34,068 nt of DNA from Octopus sinensis (GCF_006345805.1 NW_021831974.1:1-34068); one strand, 5' to 3'. Shown: positions 1-11,239, counted from the stretch's first letter. Notes: generated by a model from the sequence alone, not told the origin. A program made the numbers and translations.

Positions 1-277
<277 letters not shown>

Positions 278-626
278 GCATTCAGACGGCAGTGATTTCC
301 AAAACCACAGCGTGCAATTGAGGAATGATTGAATGCAATTAAGAACAAAGACAAAAAACTTTTGCCATAAAATACTTTAAGAATCGATATTTTTGGCCGG
401 AAGTTTCTTTTACACGGAAACTAAAATAAACCCAGGCAGAACATGTTTGGATTCGTGGCATTTTCAGTCGCGCGTGCGCTTGCGCAGTCGCACACTCATA
501 TTCGACTCCGTATATATGTGTGACTTTGTAAGTATGTATGCGTGTAAGCATATATGCATGAGTGTATATATGGATACATAACTGTGCATTATATATATAT
601 ATATATATATTTGTATACACTTTTAC

Positions 627-968
627 TCTTTTACTTGTTTCAGTCATGTGACTGTGGCCATGCTGGAGCACCGCCTTTGGTCGAGCAAATCGATCCCAGA
701 CCTTATTCTTTGCAAACCTAGTACTTATTTTATCGGTCTCTTTTGCCTAACCGCTAAGTTACGAGGACGTAAACACACCAGCATCGGTTGTCAAGCGATG
801 TTGAGGGGACAAACACAGATACACAAACATATACACACACATACGTATACATATACCTGACGGGCTTCTTTCAGTTTCCGTCGGCCCGAGGCTATAGTAG
901 AAGACGCTTGCCCAAGGTGCCACGCAGTAGGACTGAACCCGGAACCATGTCGTTTGTAAGTGAACCGT
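627..968 (-). mobile_element. tRNA-derived SINE, family A (octopus OK/OR-type), near full length
   Basis: The minus strand has a tRNA-like head with B-box (GGGTTCAGTCC), the GGCACCTTGGGCAAGCGTCTTCTACTATAGCC segment, an internal GT/AT stretch and the 3' tail AAAGGCGGTGCTCCAGCATGGCC...GACTGAAACAAGTAAAAGA. Homologous pieces recur at 3715, 7546, 14758 and 26575. Confidence 0.9.
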
Positions 969-1604
969 TCGCTGTTTGAGGTACAGTCACTTCTCCAGAA
1001 TATCAAGAAGTTTGATACTTTTGTCTTCAAGAAAAAGCTATCATGATTTTCTGTGCTGATTGCTGGCTCTTAAACTTGATTGACCTTGAGGAAGAGGTGT
1101 GATCCAATTCCATAGACTAAACCCTCGCTTTCAGATCATAAAGGTTCTGTCACGTTTCATACCCTATCATCATACTGGGGAAAATGTGACATCATTGACT
1201 TCAAATTCTTCTAGAAGACCAGAGCAGACTTCAGTTTGCTCTCTTTCAAATCAGGTGTCAATTACTAAGGTCTCCACTTTGCCCACACTTTTCGACACCT
1301 AACGTCTCCTATCATCTTCGGTAATGCATTGTGACTGCAGTTCTGTTGCAGAAGTGCAGGAATGAAATGTGCTTACAGAGTGCAAACCAGGTGCAATCCT
1401 TTTTACAAATGAGGTCGATTTTTACATTCTTAAATATCAAAACAAACACAGGTATAATAATAGTAATTATTCTTATATTTTTACATCAGTCAAATCGATA
1501 GATCGAATAATGGAAAAGTAATGTTTGAAATCAATCTCAAAATGTTGTTCGTTCGTTTTGGCGATTAAGTTATTCAGGATTGTGTTGAAAGCATTTTGAT
1601 TGCT

Positions 1605-1910
1605 CCAGAAAGAAATCTTAGGGAGTGAAAGGGCACACCCTACGTCCTCTGTTCCCCAGTCTACATCAATCTCTTGGATTGTGATTTGTCTGTGAACACG
1701 AACCAGCTTTTCCACTTACTAGCGATTCATATCAGGGGTCACAACAGATGGCTGTCTGTTGCATGGTTGGTCTTCGTTTCCTCTTCTTAAAACCCCATCT
1801 CTCTGGGTACTTTGCTCTTGTAGATGACGCCTCCTTGTAAAAAAATCTGATCCCGGCACACCCCTTTCGTCAAGGATTCAATAACAGCCCTTTGCTTCTG
1901 TTTGGAACCT
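1605..1910 (-). mobile_element. Mariner-type transposase remnant (N-terminal HTH region), disrupted
   Basis: The minus strand translates as KQKQRAVIESLTKG ... EDQPCNRQPSVVTPDMNR*VEKLVRVHRQITIQEI. This matches the mariner EQRAVIxFL / DEPRSGRPS / DRRITIxEI motifs, with stops and frameshifts. Confidence 0.75.
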
Positions 1911-2199
1911 ATTATTTACCAGCAATGATGAAGAGAAAGAAGAAGGTACGATTTGAACGACGTGTATCAGATAAGAAACACAAGTTTCTGCAGATCCTTC
2001 ACAATTATTAAGAGAAAATATTTTCTATTTCATGTAATTTAATCAAGCAACAAAACTTATATATCTAAGCATGTGTGTAAAAGAATAATCAAAGGGCGAT
2101 AAATATACATGAAGGAAGCAGAAATCGTTATTGCATTTTAGTGGTGGCGGTTGGGGGATTGCAGGAAATAATAAATAAAATTGAAATGCCATTTCATAT

Positions 2200-2293
2200 A
2201 CATACAAACATATACAAAAAAGATGAATATATATACATACATTTATTATATAATATATACATATATATCTATATATAATATTATGCATAAATG

Positions 2294-2344
<51 letters not shown>

Positions 2345-2481
2345 CATAAATGCATACATATATATATTATATATATATATATATATAATATATATATACT
2401 ATATATGCATAGATACATACATATATGTACGTACCTACATCTACATGTATATATACATGCATATATATATATATATATATA

Positions 2482-2515
<34 letters not shown>
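2200..2515. repeat. Imperfect (TA)n/(TACA) array
   Basis: Direct reading; accounts for the IY-repeat ORFs in the track. Confidence 0.95.
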
Positions 2516-2516
<1 letters not shown>

Positions 2517-2938
2517 CAGAGAGGAAATAATCTATTTAAAAGACTGAAATAACTTAAAATGGAGCTTCCTTTTTTTATATTACTCCTAAGACGATTTTAA
2601 CTTCGAAATCTCATTGTTATCAGAAGAAAAAAAATGTTGAAGAATTTATAAAAACGACAAAACCTTACCAAAAAAAACAATGAAACAAACTAAACTGATA
2701 TTTCACAAAAACTTCTTTACATTTCTTCTTTTTTTTTTTTTTTTTTTCATTATTACAAAATTTGAATGGCATTTTATTGTAATTCGAACTGTGGTGAAAA
2801 ATGTTGTAAAAATATAGAGGAAGTTAGTAAATCGATAAAGTAAACTAAATTAGTATTTTGCAATTACTTAAAAAAAAAGTATTATAAAAATTGAATTAGG
2901 AAAGTTTAATTTTGCTAGCTAATAAAAAGTTCTGTGTA

Positions 2939-2940
2939 TT

Positions 2941-3003
<63 letters not shown>

Positions 3004-3087
3004 AGGAAGAGAGAGAGACAGACAGACAGAATACTATTATATATATATATATATGTATATATGTATATATATATGTAAAAATATATG

Positions 3088-3118
<31 letters not shown>

Positions 3119-3130
3119 TATATATATATA
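2939..3130. repeat. (TA)n-(GA)n-(TA)n compound microsatellite
   Basis: Direct reading. Confidence 0.95.
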
Positions 3131-3564
3131 CGCATATAGTATTCTATATATGCTCTGAAAAGAACGTAGTTCAGAGTCTTAGCTAATAATATTTTCTGAA
3201 AAAGTACTAAAATTTACAATTATAAATCGAAGTGGACATTTTAAGTACTCAATGTGAAATTTGAACACACACACACATATATTTGTGTCTGTGCACATTT
3301 ATGTGTGTGTGTGTGAGTGTATATACATGGGTGCCTCTACTCCAACCTCCTCATTGCCATTACTACTTCTATTCCGCTCTCCTTCCGCCCTTCTAATCTC
3401 CCTGCATCCAACATCTTCTCACGACATACCTCTTCCTTCCCATCATGTGGCTACTCTGTTTCGCTTCACAAGTTTCCAAGACGACCCAAACTGCTGGCGC
3501 CGCACAAAGCACCCTTTGCACTCCAGGTGATTGGTAATTAACTATCGTGCAGGTGCCAAGATAC

Positions 3565-3690
3565 AATGCATTCAGCCGTAAAAACCAAACCAAAATTGAG
3601 ACACAGCGGAAAGGTGTGGTGCCATCGATCTGTTGAATCGTATCAAACCATCCAGCACGTGCCAGCATGGAAACGGGCATAAAAATGAAT
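3565..3690 (+). mobile_element. Diverged SINE 3' part
   Basis: CATTCAGCCGTAAAAACC...TCAAACCATCCAGCACGTGCCAGCATGGAAACGGGCATAAAAATGA resembles a recalled cephalopod SINE tail. There is no second copy in the window. Confidence 0.45.
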
Positions 3691-3714
3691 ACCATACATA
3701 ATTTGTATTTTTTA

Positions 3715-3895
3715 TCTTTTACTTGTTTCAGTCATTTGACGGCGGCCATGCTACAGCACCGCCTTGAAGAAACTGTAGTCAAATAAATAAGTTATGGGAA
3801 CTAAAACACGCCAGAACCGGTTGTTAAGCGGTGATCGAGTACACAAGTACAGACGCAAAGACACGCGCATATAGATACACACACACACACACACA
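3715..3895 (-). mobile_element. SINE family A, 3' half
   Basis: TCTTTTACTTGTTTCAGTCATTTGACGGCGGCCATGCT..AGCACCGCCTT aligns with 627-681; it ends in (CA)n. Confidence 0.85.
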
Positions 3896-3904
3896 CACAT
3901 TGCA

Positions 3905-4085
3905 GTTCCATATTTAAGCGATGAAGAATTATTTACATTATTTACCTTATTTAAATTTGACGGATATTTGTCCTCATCTTGTTTGTTGTAAACACAACTT
4001 TTCGGCTGATCTACCCTCCAGACTTCATCAGGTGTCTTGGGGAAATTTCGAACCTGGGTTCTCATTCCTAAGGTATATTTTGATG
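3905..4085 (-). mobile_element. Penelope-like terminal repeat carrying a minimal hammerhead motif
   Basis: Minus strand GACAC-CTGATGA-AGTCTG(GAGGGTAGAT)CAGCC-GAAA-AGTT-GTGTT, a layout typical of Penelope-associated hammerheads. Confidence 0.65.
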
Positions 4086-4126
4086 TTGTTTGTTGTTATT
4101 GTTGTTGTTGTTGTTGCTGATGTTAA

Positions 4127-4215
4127 GGGTGAGCTGGCAGAATCATTAGAGCACCGGACAAAATGCTTTGTGGCATACGTTTTGAGTTCGAATTACGAAT
4201 TTTGGCCGAGTACCA
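4127..4215 (+). mobile_element. SINE family C head (tRNA-like), truncated
   Basis: GGTGAGCTGGCAGAATCATTAG..CCGGACAAAATGCTT...GAGTTCGAATT has A- and B-box-like motifs; a reverse fragment lies at ~5990-6015. Confidence 0.6.
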
Positions 4216-4903
4216 AAACTTCAAATCTTCCTCCCCTCCTCCTCCTCCTTCTTCTTGGATAGTTGTATATTATTTCCTTCTCCTCTTCTGAGAAGTTGCT
4301 GGTTGCTTCACTAAGTTGTTGAAGGGTCTCCCTCATCCCTTACCACAGTACAATGTCGCCGATAACCAGAAAGAAAGGAAGGGAGAAAAAAGAGGTGCAA
4401 AGACAGGAGAGAGAAAGAAAGAAATAGAAAGAGAGGAGAGTCTGGTACTTAATTATTCTTGCCATTAATTAGATCGGCCATCGTATTTATTTTTCTCCAC
4501 CAGTTGTTTACGGACAAGAAAAGTTGATCTCGGTTGGATATTTAAATTCAGAATTCCGGAAACAAATATGGCATAAAAATGTAAACAGTAACTTAATAAT
4601 GAATCGTTCCTAGGTCGGAAGGTCAGCCATTTGGTTAACATATCTAGTAACGATCCCATCTGACACCTGTTTCCGTCGTTTCCTTGTAACATATGTTTTA
4701 GTCTTTTCGTCAATAATAAAACTCATCCCATTTAACGATCGGGACAAATTTCTTAAGTTACAGGAAGGAATATGTTGATAGTAGCTATAAATTATAGTCA
4801 CTTTTGTTTCACTGTTTACGACAATTACACACACACATACATACACACACACGCACACACACACACATACATTCACACACATACATACATACACGCACAC
4901 ACT

Positions 4904-5012
4904 GGCACTTCGTCGGTTACTACGAGGAGTGTTCCAGTTGATCCTGTGAACGGAACCAGCCTGCTCTAGGAATTAAATTGCAAGTGCCACTTCACAGATA
5001 TGCGTACCTTAA
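4904..5012 (-). mobile_element. SINE family B 3' part, diverged
   Basis: GCACTTCGTCGGTTACTACGAGGAGTGTTCCAGTTGATCC aligns with 12502-12620. Confidence 0.65.
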
Positions 5013-6399
5013 GCATGAAACCAATGGTAGCCTTGTTAACTCGCATATAACGAATATTAATTCACCAACGTGGTATTGAGGACTCATTCTCATTGTTTGA
5101 TATTAACATATATACAAATATATACATATATATTTAACTTTAGTGTCTTTCATTGACTTCACCTGGACGGGCGGGCTTTTGGGTCAAGTCTCACTTTGAT
5201 CCCTCAAAGTCAGAAGCATTTTATATCGAGTGAGGCTGATTAATTTGAAGTTTGTCTCGAGATATTTTGTCCCGTGATATCTGTTAAATATTCTGTGGAT
5301 TAGATTTAATTAATGTTTTAATTTACCGTAAATTAATTTATTCGGTGTCTCTCACACATGCAAATGAGCAAAGAAAATTTAACTAAAATATTCACAAAAA
5401 CAAAAAATTGTGGGATTTTGCAAAAGCTGAATGTATTGTTTTAGTGAACTCTGAAAGATATTTCCTCTTTTCAATCTCATGCTTTTCTTTCTTTTATTTT
5501 CAAATAAGAACCCCTCAAATCTTTCTCATGTTTTCTTTTTGTTATGGGAGAAGGGATTTTTTTTTACTTGAACTCACACTATTCCATAAAGGTGTATTAA
5601 ACTTTGAATCAGACGAATGAGTCTCCGTCATCAGGGTAGTCAAAATCTTACATTTGCGATCTTAATGCTGAAAAGTTCAAAGATCTGAAAGTAAGGTGTT
5701 CTCAATCCTGATGAGGGAGGCTCGTCTTATGCAATGTTAATTGCATCCATATAGTTGCATATTATGAGGAACTACATCTACCAATATGATTATGGATCTG
5801 AGCCCCCAGAAACAGCTGTTGGGCATATAACACCTTTCTTCCATCCCTTTAATTTTCCCCGTCATTTTTACTCTGTGTAAGTTGAACCTATTGATATAAA
5901 TGTCTACATTTATACTGAAAAATTCATCGTCTGAAAGTCTCCACCTTTTGCATTCCCTCTTTTTTGTGTATATATTTGAACTCAGAGCATAGCGATCGGC
6001 GAAATACCGCTAAGCATTTCATAAGACTTATCTTACAGTGTTTACAAACACTCCAAGAAAACTCTTACCGACTTGCAGAATAACCAACCCAGTGGCCACG
6101 TCATGTCAGCAAGGGACATAACTCTTAACTTAATCTCCTACTCATTTCGTTTCATCATCTTTTCACAGCAACCGTAAACCAGATGTATCCATTCAGCTAC
6201 AACAATAGAGACTACTCCCCATATTTCATTCCATATCGGCTATCTCTGATGAGTGTAGGCTTATATAACACGATTGTTATCTAACACTCCTTCATAGCGC
6301 AAAACCGACTGGTAAGACCGGTCGTGATGGAAATATAATATCGTACATTTTGGATAATATATCCACTTTATTGACAGATATACGACTTATGGACTCTTA

Positions 6400-6690
6400 G
6401 ATGATATACGCACGTATGTGTGTGTGTGTGTGTGTGTATGTGTGTGTGTGTGTATGTGTGTGTGTGTGTGTGTGGGTGTGTGTATCATACGTTTTAGATA
6501 AAGTCGCAAACAAAACACATATATACATATATACATATATACACATACATACATATACATACATATGTGTGTGGGTGTGTGTATCATGCGTTTTGGATAA
6601 AGTCGCAATCAGCACATACATATATACACACATATACATATATATACATACACGTGTGTGTGTGTTTTGGATAGCGTCTCTCGTGAACCA
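6400..6690. repeat. Composite tandem repeat: GTTTT(A/G)GATAAAGTCGCAA core separated by (TG)n/(TACA)n blocks
   Basis: Core at ~6482-6515 and ~6581-6612, partial third core at ~6664-6675. Confidence 0.8.
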
Positions 6691-7240
6691 TTAAAAAGCT
6701 CACCAAATTTTCTGCCACGGGTCACTAACACCTCCCCCACCACCACCACCACCACCACCACACCACCACCACCGCAGCCGCCGCCGCCGGCTAATTTTCC
6801 TCGGACATTTTTCCCAGTCCAGTCATTGTATTGAATTTCTGTGAGCATGATACAACACTTCTCGCTCCAGTTTCTCTTACTTCACTGCGAACAATAAACA
6901 GGTTCCATCCACGTCTTCTTCATCTCGCTTCATGGCTTCACAGTAAAACGGTCATCCATCTGTAAAAAACAATGGCTTCTGCCAAACATAAAGAACGAAG
7001 TGTGTGTGTGTGTGGTGTGTGTGTGTGTGTGGTGTGTGTGTGTGTGTGTGCGGTGAAAGACCAAAAACCGACAAGAGAACAAAACGGAAATACATATATC
7101 TGTTCGTGTCTATTTACGTCCCGTCCACAAAAGCATGGCTGGCTTATATAAATAGATGTAAAATAGATGCAAATTAATATAAAATATCAAAAGAGAAAAA
7201 ATAAGAAAAGAGGAAAAATGATCTTTAGTCTTTTTGGGGT

Positions 7241-7276
<36 letters not shown>

Positions 7277-7545
7277 CTAATTATAAAAATTAGATTTTAA
7301 TAACGTAAATATATGTTTAATGTGAGTTACAGCTGGTCTGTCTGACTTTTATAGCTTGCAATGTCCTCATAAATTTACAGATACAACCTGACTGAAGGAG
7401 GCAAACACATTAGAGAACCGTTCTACACACACACACACATGGTTGGGATCTTATTCTGACGACAAGGAAGAGATAAATGGCAAAGTTGACTTCTCAAAGA
7501 AGTCTGCTCTACACGCTAATTACTGCGAATTCCAGTTAAAAGAGA

Positions 7546-7683
7546 GGCGTGGTTGTGTAGTAAGTCCTAACTACATCGTTCTGCGTTCAGTCCCACTACG
7601 TGGCACCTTGGGCAAGTGTCTTCTGCTTTAATCCTGGCTTGACCAAAGCCTTGTTAGTAGATTTGGTAGACAGTAACTGAAAT
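7546..7683 (+). mobile_element. SINE family A head
   Basis: GGCGTGGTTGTGTAGTAAG...GTTCAGTCCCACTACGTGGCACCTTGGGCAAGTGTCTTCT...GACCAAAGCCTTG..GATTTGGTAGAC matches the reverse complement of 860-968. Confidence 0.85.
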
Positions 7684-7796
7684 ATATTGATGGAACATTC
7701 CTAAAACTTCTGTCATGAGCAAACAAGTCTGGTAAAATCGTCTGGATCAAAGAATAAAAATTATGTAGCATTGCAGCTATGGTGGGCGCAGGCAGG

Positions 7797-8015
7797 ACTG
7801 TGGGGTCAAGAAGCTCGCTGTGCCACCTCGTGCACTCGGGTTTAGCTTCACTGCAATGGTATCTTGTGCATGTGTCTTCTACTATAGCCCTAGGCCGACC
7901 ACTGCCTTCTATGCGAATTTGCTTGACTTAAACCATGAGAAAACTTGTCGTACATACGGAAACTTGTTCCTGTAACCTAGGGGATCAGCATAGAATAAGT
8001 AATATATCTTAAAAT
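7797..8015 (+). mobile_element. Old SINE family A copy
   Basis: GTGTCTTCTACTATAGCCCTAGGCCGACC and a later ATAGAATAAGTA block match the other A copies. Confidence 0.6.
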
Positions 8016-8459
8016 ATATTTTAAATAAAACAAAAGATTGATCTCCTCTTCTACATGGCCACAGTACAATGATGGAAACAAGAACGCCATTTTAACCGCT
8101 ACATATACCAACTGAACCTATACTTACCTCACTCATATACAACAACATCAACATCAACAACCCCAGATGACTCACAGAGCTTCTGTTTCGTCTCCTTGTC
8201 ACTCCTGTTGTTACCAAATCTCTTCTGAATGAGTTACACGAATGCCCCATCCCTTTAGGCTTACCTGTTTCTTATTTTGCTGGGACGTTCTTGACACACT
8301 GTGTTTCACCTTCCAAATACTGCTCAAGATATTTTGACTATTCTATCCTCCCCGTGAATTGCTCTCGCTGGAATCTTTTTCTTCGTCTTTTTTTTTTTTT
8401 TGACAATGATCTTTAGAATATTTCAGGCGAACATCAATTCCCTAAAAATTGTCGGAAGA

Positions 8460-8720
8460 AACCTTTGCGACGTTTCAGCCCTCGTCCTTCTCCAGCGGTG
8501 GAAGAGGGTCTTTTATTTGTTTTCAGTGGACGTGAACGATTAAACAGGGAAGAATTAGGAAGAGAAGTGAAGAATTAATGCAACATCGTGGGAACGAAAC
8601 AGATAAAGCAAAACAAAAGAACGTTTAGGAGTGAGTGAATGAGGTTAGACGTGGAAAGAATGAAAAGAGAAAAGAGATATTTATGAAGGAGGTCATTTGT
8701 GGGGTGAGAGTGTGGAAGAG
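8460..8720 (-). mobile_element. Possible Penelope 3'UTR/pseudo-LTR in inverted orientation
   Basis: The minus strand is pyrimidine-rich and ends in CTGGAGA-AGGACGAGGGCT-GAAACGTC, a degenerate hammerhead with an ACGT palindrome. Confidence 0.4.
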
Positions 8721-9027
8721 GGGGTAGGGCTTGTTTTGTTTTAGTTTTTTCGATGTTGTTGTTGTTGTTGTTGGAGGTTACTGACCGGCAGACAACCTGT
8801 CAACAGTTACAAATACGTTCATGTTTGTAAACAAATACATTCATGTATACACATACAAATACACACACATATGCATGGACACACTCACACACACACACAC
8901 ACCTATAAAGGGACATACACACTTGCGCGCGCGCACATGCATAATATTAGAAACAAATCTACCATACACATATACACACATTAATTTTCAAGTGGATTCC
9001 CGTTGCTGTCAATGACGAGTATTCAGC

Positions 9028-9152
9028 ATGTAAGTAACTGAGTATTCCACAAACATGTGGACCCTAAAGTAATTTCTAGGCAACATCAGTGTGACACAGT
9101 GTGACACAGTGTGACACGGTGTGACACGTTTTGACAAAGTTACGTCTTCTTA
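9028..9152 (-). mobile_element. SINE family B central-domain fragment
   Basis: TGAGTATTCCACAAACATGTG.ACCCT and CAG.GTGACACAG.GTGTGAC align with 12585-12670. Confidence 0.7.
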
Positions 9153-9199
9153 GAAATACACGTATAACGCTTCCAACTAGCGACCAGGCAGTTTGTATG

Positions 9200-10030
9200 G
9201 CTCAGTTTTAGCCCATCTCTCCACCTCCATCCTCCATTAAAACCCGGCTAATTCCCTTTCTTCTTTGCTTCCTTCTACTCTAAGTCAGTCATACCATTCT
9301 CTGCATTCCTTTGCTTTTACCGATTCTGCAACATTGATTCAGATTTCAAAAACGAATGCGAGAGAATACATTCCATCAATAATCGACGGTACCTTTAATT
9401 AATTATGGGTGTGGCAGCCCGCAGAGTCCAGGTCATCGACCGCCCCACCGTTTTCCTCTAAACGCTCACCTATAGACCGCATTCCACTCTCCATCACTTC
9501 CCACCCATCCATCTTTGCATTGAAACACAAACTCATTCATTTACCCTTCCGTTCTTTGCTGTATCATCACTCCTCACCTTCAAAAGAGACAGGAACTGCG
9601 ATAACCGCCAATTTAGAAGCTCCATAGCGGCCATTTCTACGCAGCGAGGCACTTTAAGGTGCGCTCGCCGACAATGAAATACCAAACAGCCCTCAACATA
9701 AATTATCCTACAACCATCACGGGACCCAAGTCATTAACCAAGCCTTCTGCTGCACATCTTCTAACCTTATTTATTGTATCATCTGCAAACTTTACAGCAC
9801 CTTATATTAGGGAAATGGACCGTCGGCTGGTGGCTGATTGCTTTTAGGAGCAAATTCGAAGTATTCAACTACGTACGCTTGGCCAGCCTATGGTCATCCT
9901 CTGCAACTAAAACAAACTACTCTAATACCTATTAATCAGTGCGAAATATCTCTGCACACCATGGATTCGGACACGCATGGAAACAAAAGGAAATATATTT
10001 CATATTGAAACTGGGAATCATATGACCGAC
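9200..10030 (+). mobile_element. Penelope-like retroelement remnant (RT C-terminus + GIY-YIG endonuclease), pseudogenised
   Basis: Joining frames on the plus strand gives PFSAFLCFYRFCNIDSDF (~9294), DRIPLSITSHP (~9475), RGTLRCARRQ*NT, TTITGPKS..CCTSSNLIYCIICK (9763), YIREMDRRLVADCF*EQIRSI (9803) and ILKLGII*PTSLN. This is the Penelope (Poseidon-type) motif order. Confidence 0.85.
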
Positions 10031-10439
10031 GAGTTTAAATGCATTTTTTCCCTTCTTTTCTCACACCTTCCCTTAATTCAATAATCCCACTTTTATCCTT
10101 CAACTTCACTTTCATCTCATTTTTTTCCATCACCTCGTCCTTGTCCGTCCGATTCTCCTCTTTTCAATTCTCTTTCTTGCTCCCTCTTTTTACCAGTTTT
10201 TCTCTCCTGCTGCTTCCGGTGTTTCAGGAGGATGTAATACACTGCTGTCTTTCTTTAATTTATCCCCTGTCAGTTTGACCCTCGGTGGGGGTCTTTGCAC
10301 AAAACCTTGGATAATTCCACTATTCCCTTTCCATCGTTTCATGTGTGTGCGTGAGAGAGAGAGAGAGAGAGAGTAGTTATTCATCTGTATGTGTGTATGC
10401 CACAGCAGGAATTGCTGGCGGCCCCAAATGATAATTTGA

Positions 10440-10960
10440 AATTAATGTTCAGTCTTAAGGAAAGGAGAACACAATCGCTGTTCTCAGGTAAGCGGCAACT
10501 ATTCAAGATCAAGCCAGATCGATTAGAAACAGCCGTAGCCATTTTGTTTTGAGACTATTTTGTATCTCGAATCATACAACCAAAATCCACTTTGTCGTTG
10601 AGGATATATGAGAGAAATTTGGTTGCTATTTCTAGTTGAGTGAGCGACCACCATGATTCTTCGGAAAAAGACTGTGTACGACTGTGAGAGAAATAAAACA
10701 AGTGATATACATGCTCGGTCGTACGATGACTTTTTGAGCAAGCTGTTTCTATTCTCGATCGGGTTGACCAAACTCATGCGAATGGAGTTTGACTGACGGA
10801 AACTCATTAGATTACTAAGATGTGTACCTTTGCCGCGCCTAGAGGAGAATGTACCAATGACCTTCACAGAATTTCCACAACCCGAGAGACTGATGCTGAC
10901 AGTAGTCCGTTTCAACTAAGCAACACCGACTGGGAAGGCGGAAACTCCAGAAGGTTGATG
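10440..10960 (+). mobile_element. Probable MULE/Mutator transposase remnant
   Basis: The fragmented frames give DRLETAVA, FGCYF, RKLIRLLRCVPLP..EENV..TF and LSNTDWEGGNSRRL, resembling MULE DFE, GCxFH, RxLxALxFLP and TNNxxEGW motifs. There are many stops and the motif spacing is not exact. Confidence 0.45.
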
Positions 10961-10973
10961 GTCAGATGAGGTT

Positions 10974-11052
10974 TTCGATCAACTGGATATTCAATCAACT
11001 GAATTTTCGATCAGCTGGATTATTCGATCATCTTAATTACCTGCAGGTAATT
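10974..11052. repeat. 3.5 copies of a ~16-bp unit (TTCGATCAACTGGATA) followed by an 18-bp perfect palindrome AATTACCTGCAGGTAATT
   Basis: Units start at 10974, 10990, 11006 and 11023; palindrome at 11035-11052. Confidence 0.85.
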
Positions 11053-11239
11053 GAAATAGACGATTATAACATCGGGACTAAACAACATCATAAACGTATT
11101 CATACCTAAACCTAATACACATTAATCCCTAATACCTGATTATTCTCTCAGCTCTTTTATATTCGATAAAAAACCAATTAAGAATATTTTAAACAAAAAA
11201 CAATTGTGGAAGAAATTATTAAAAAAATAAGAAGCAAAT

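Noticed and set aside
980-1330. Possible decayed LINE RT on the minus strand (EEFEVN..TFSP)
   Set aside because: Only one weak motif; not enough to assign.
2043-3112. ORFs rich in IY, TH, CV, ER repeats, here and throughout the track (e.g. 6387-6694, 11140-11764, 19260-20154, 21774-23355, 30149-30523)
   Set aside because: They are stop-free frames through microsatellites and have no protein-like composition.
6790-6965. Minus-strand acceptor-like TTTTACAG followed by GC-richer sequence
   Set aside because: Stops in all three frames within ~10 codons.
8255-8400. Minus-strand donor CAG|GTAAGC suggesting an exon
   Set aside because: Stops in all three upstream frames and no acceptor.
10523-10915. 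130-aa minus-strand ORF
   Set aside because: No recognisable domain; probably the antisense shadow of a decayed plus-strand transposase.
9088-11052. Short direct-repeat arrays as CRISPR-like loci
   Set aside because: The repeats are contiguous without unique spacers, the context is eukaryotic, and there are no cas genes.
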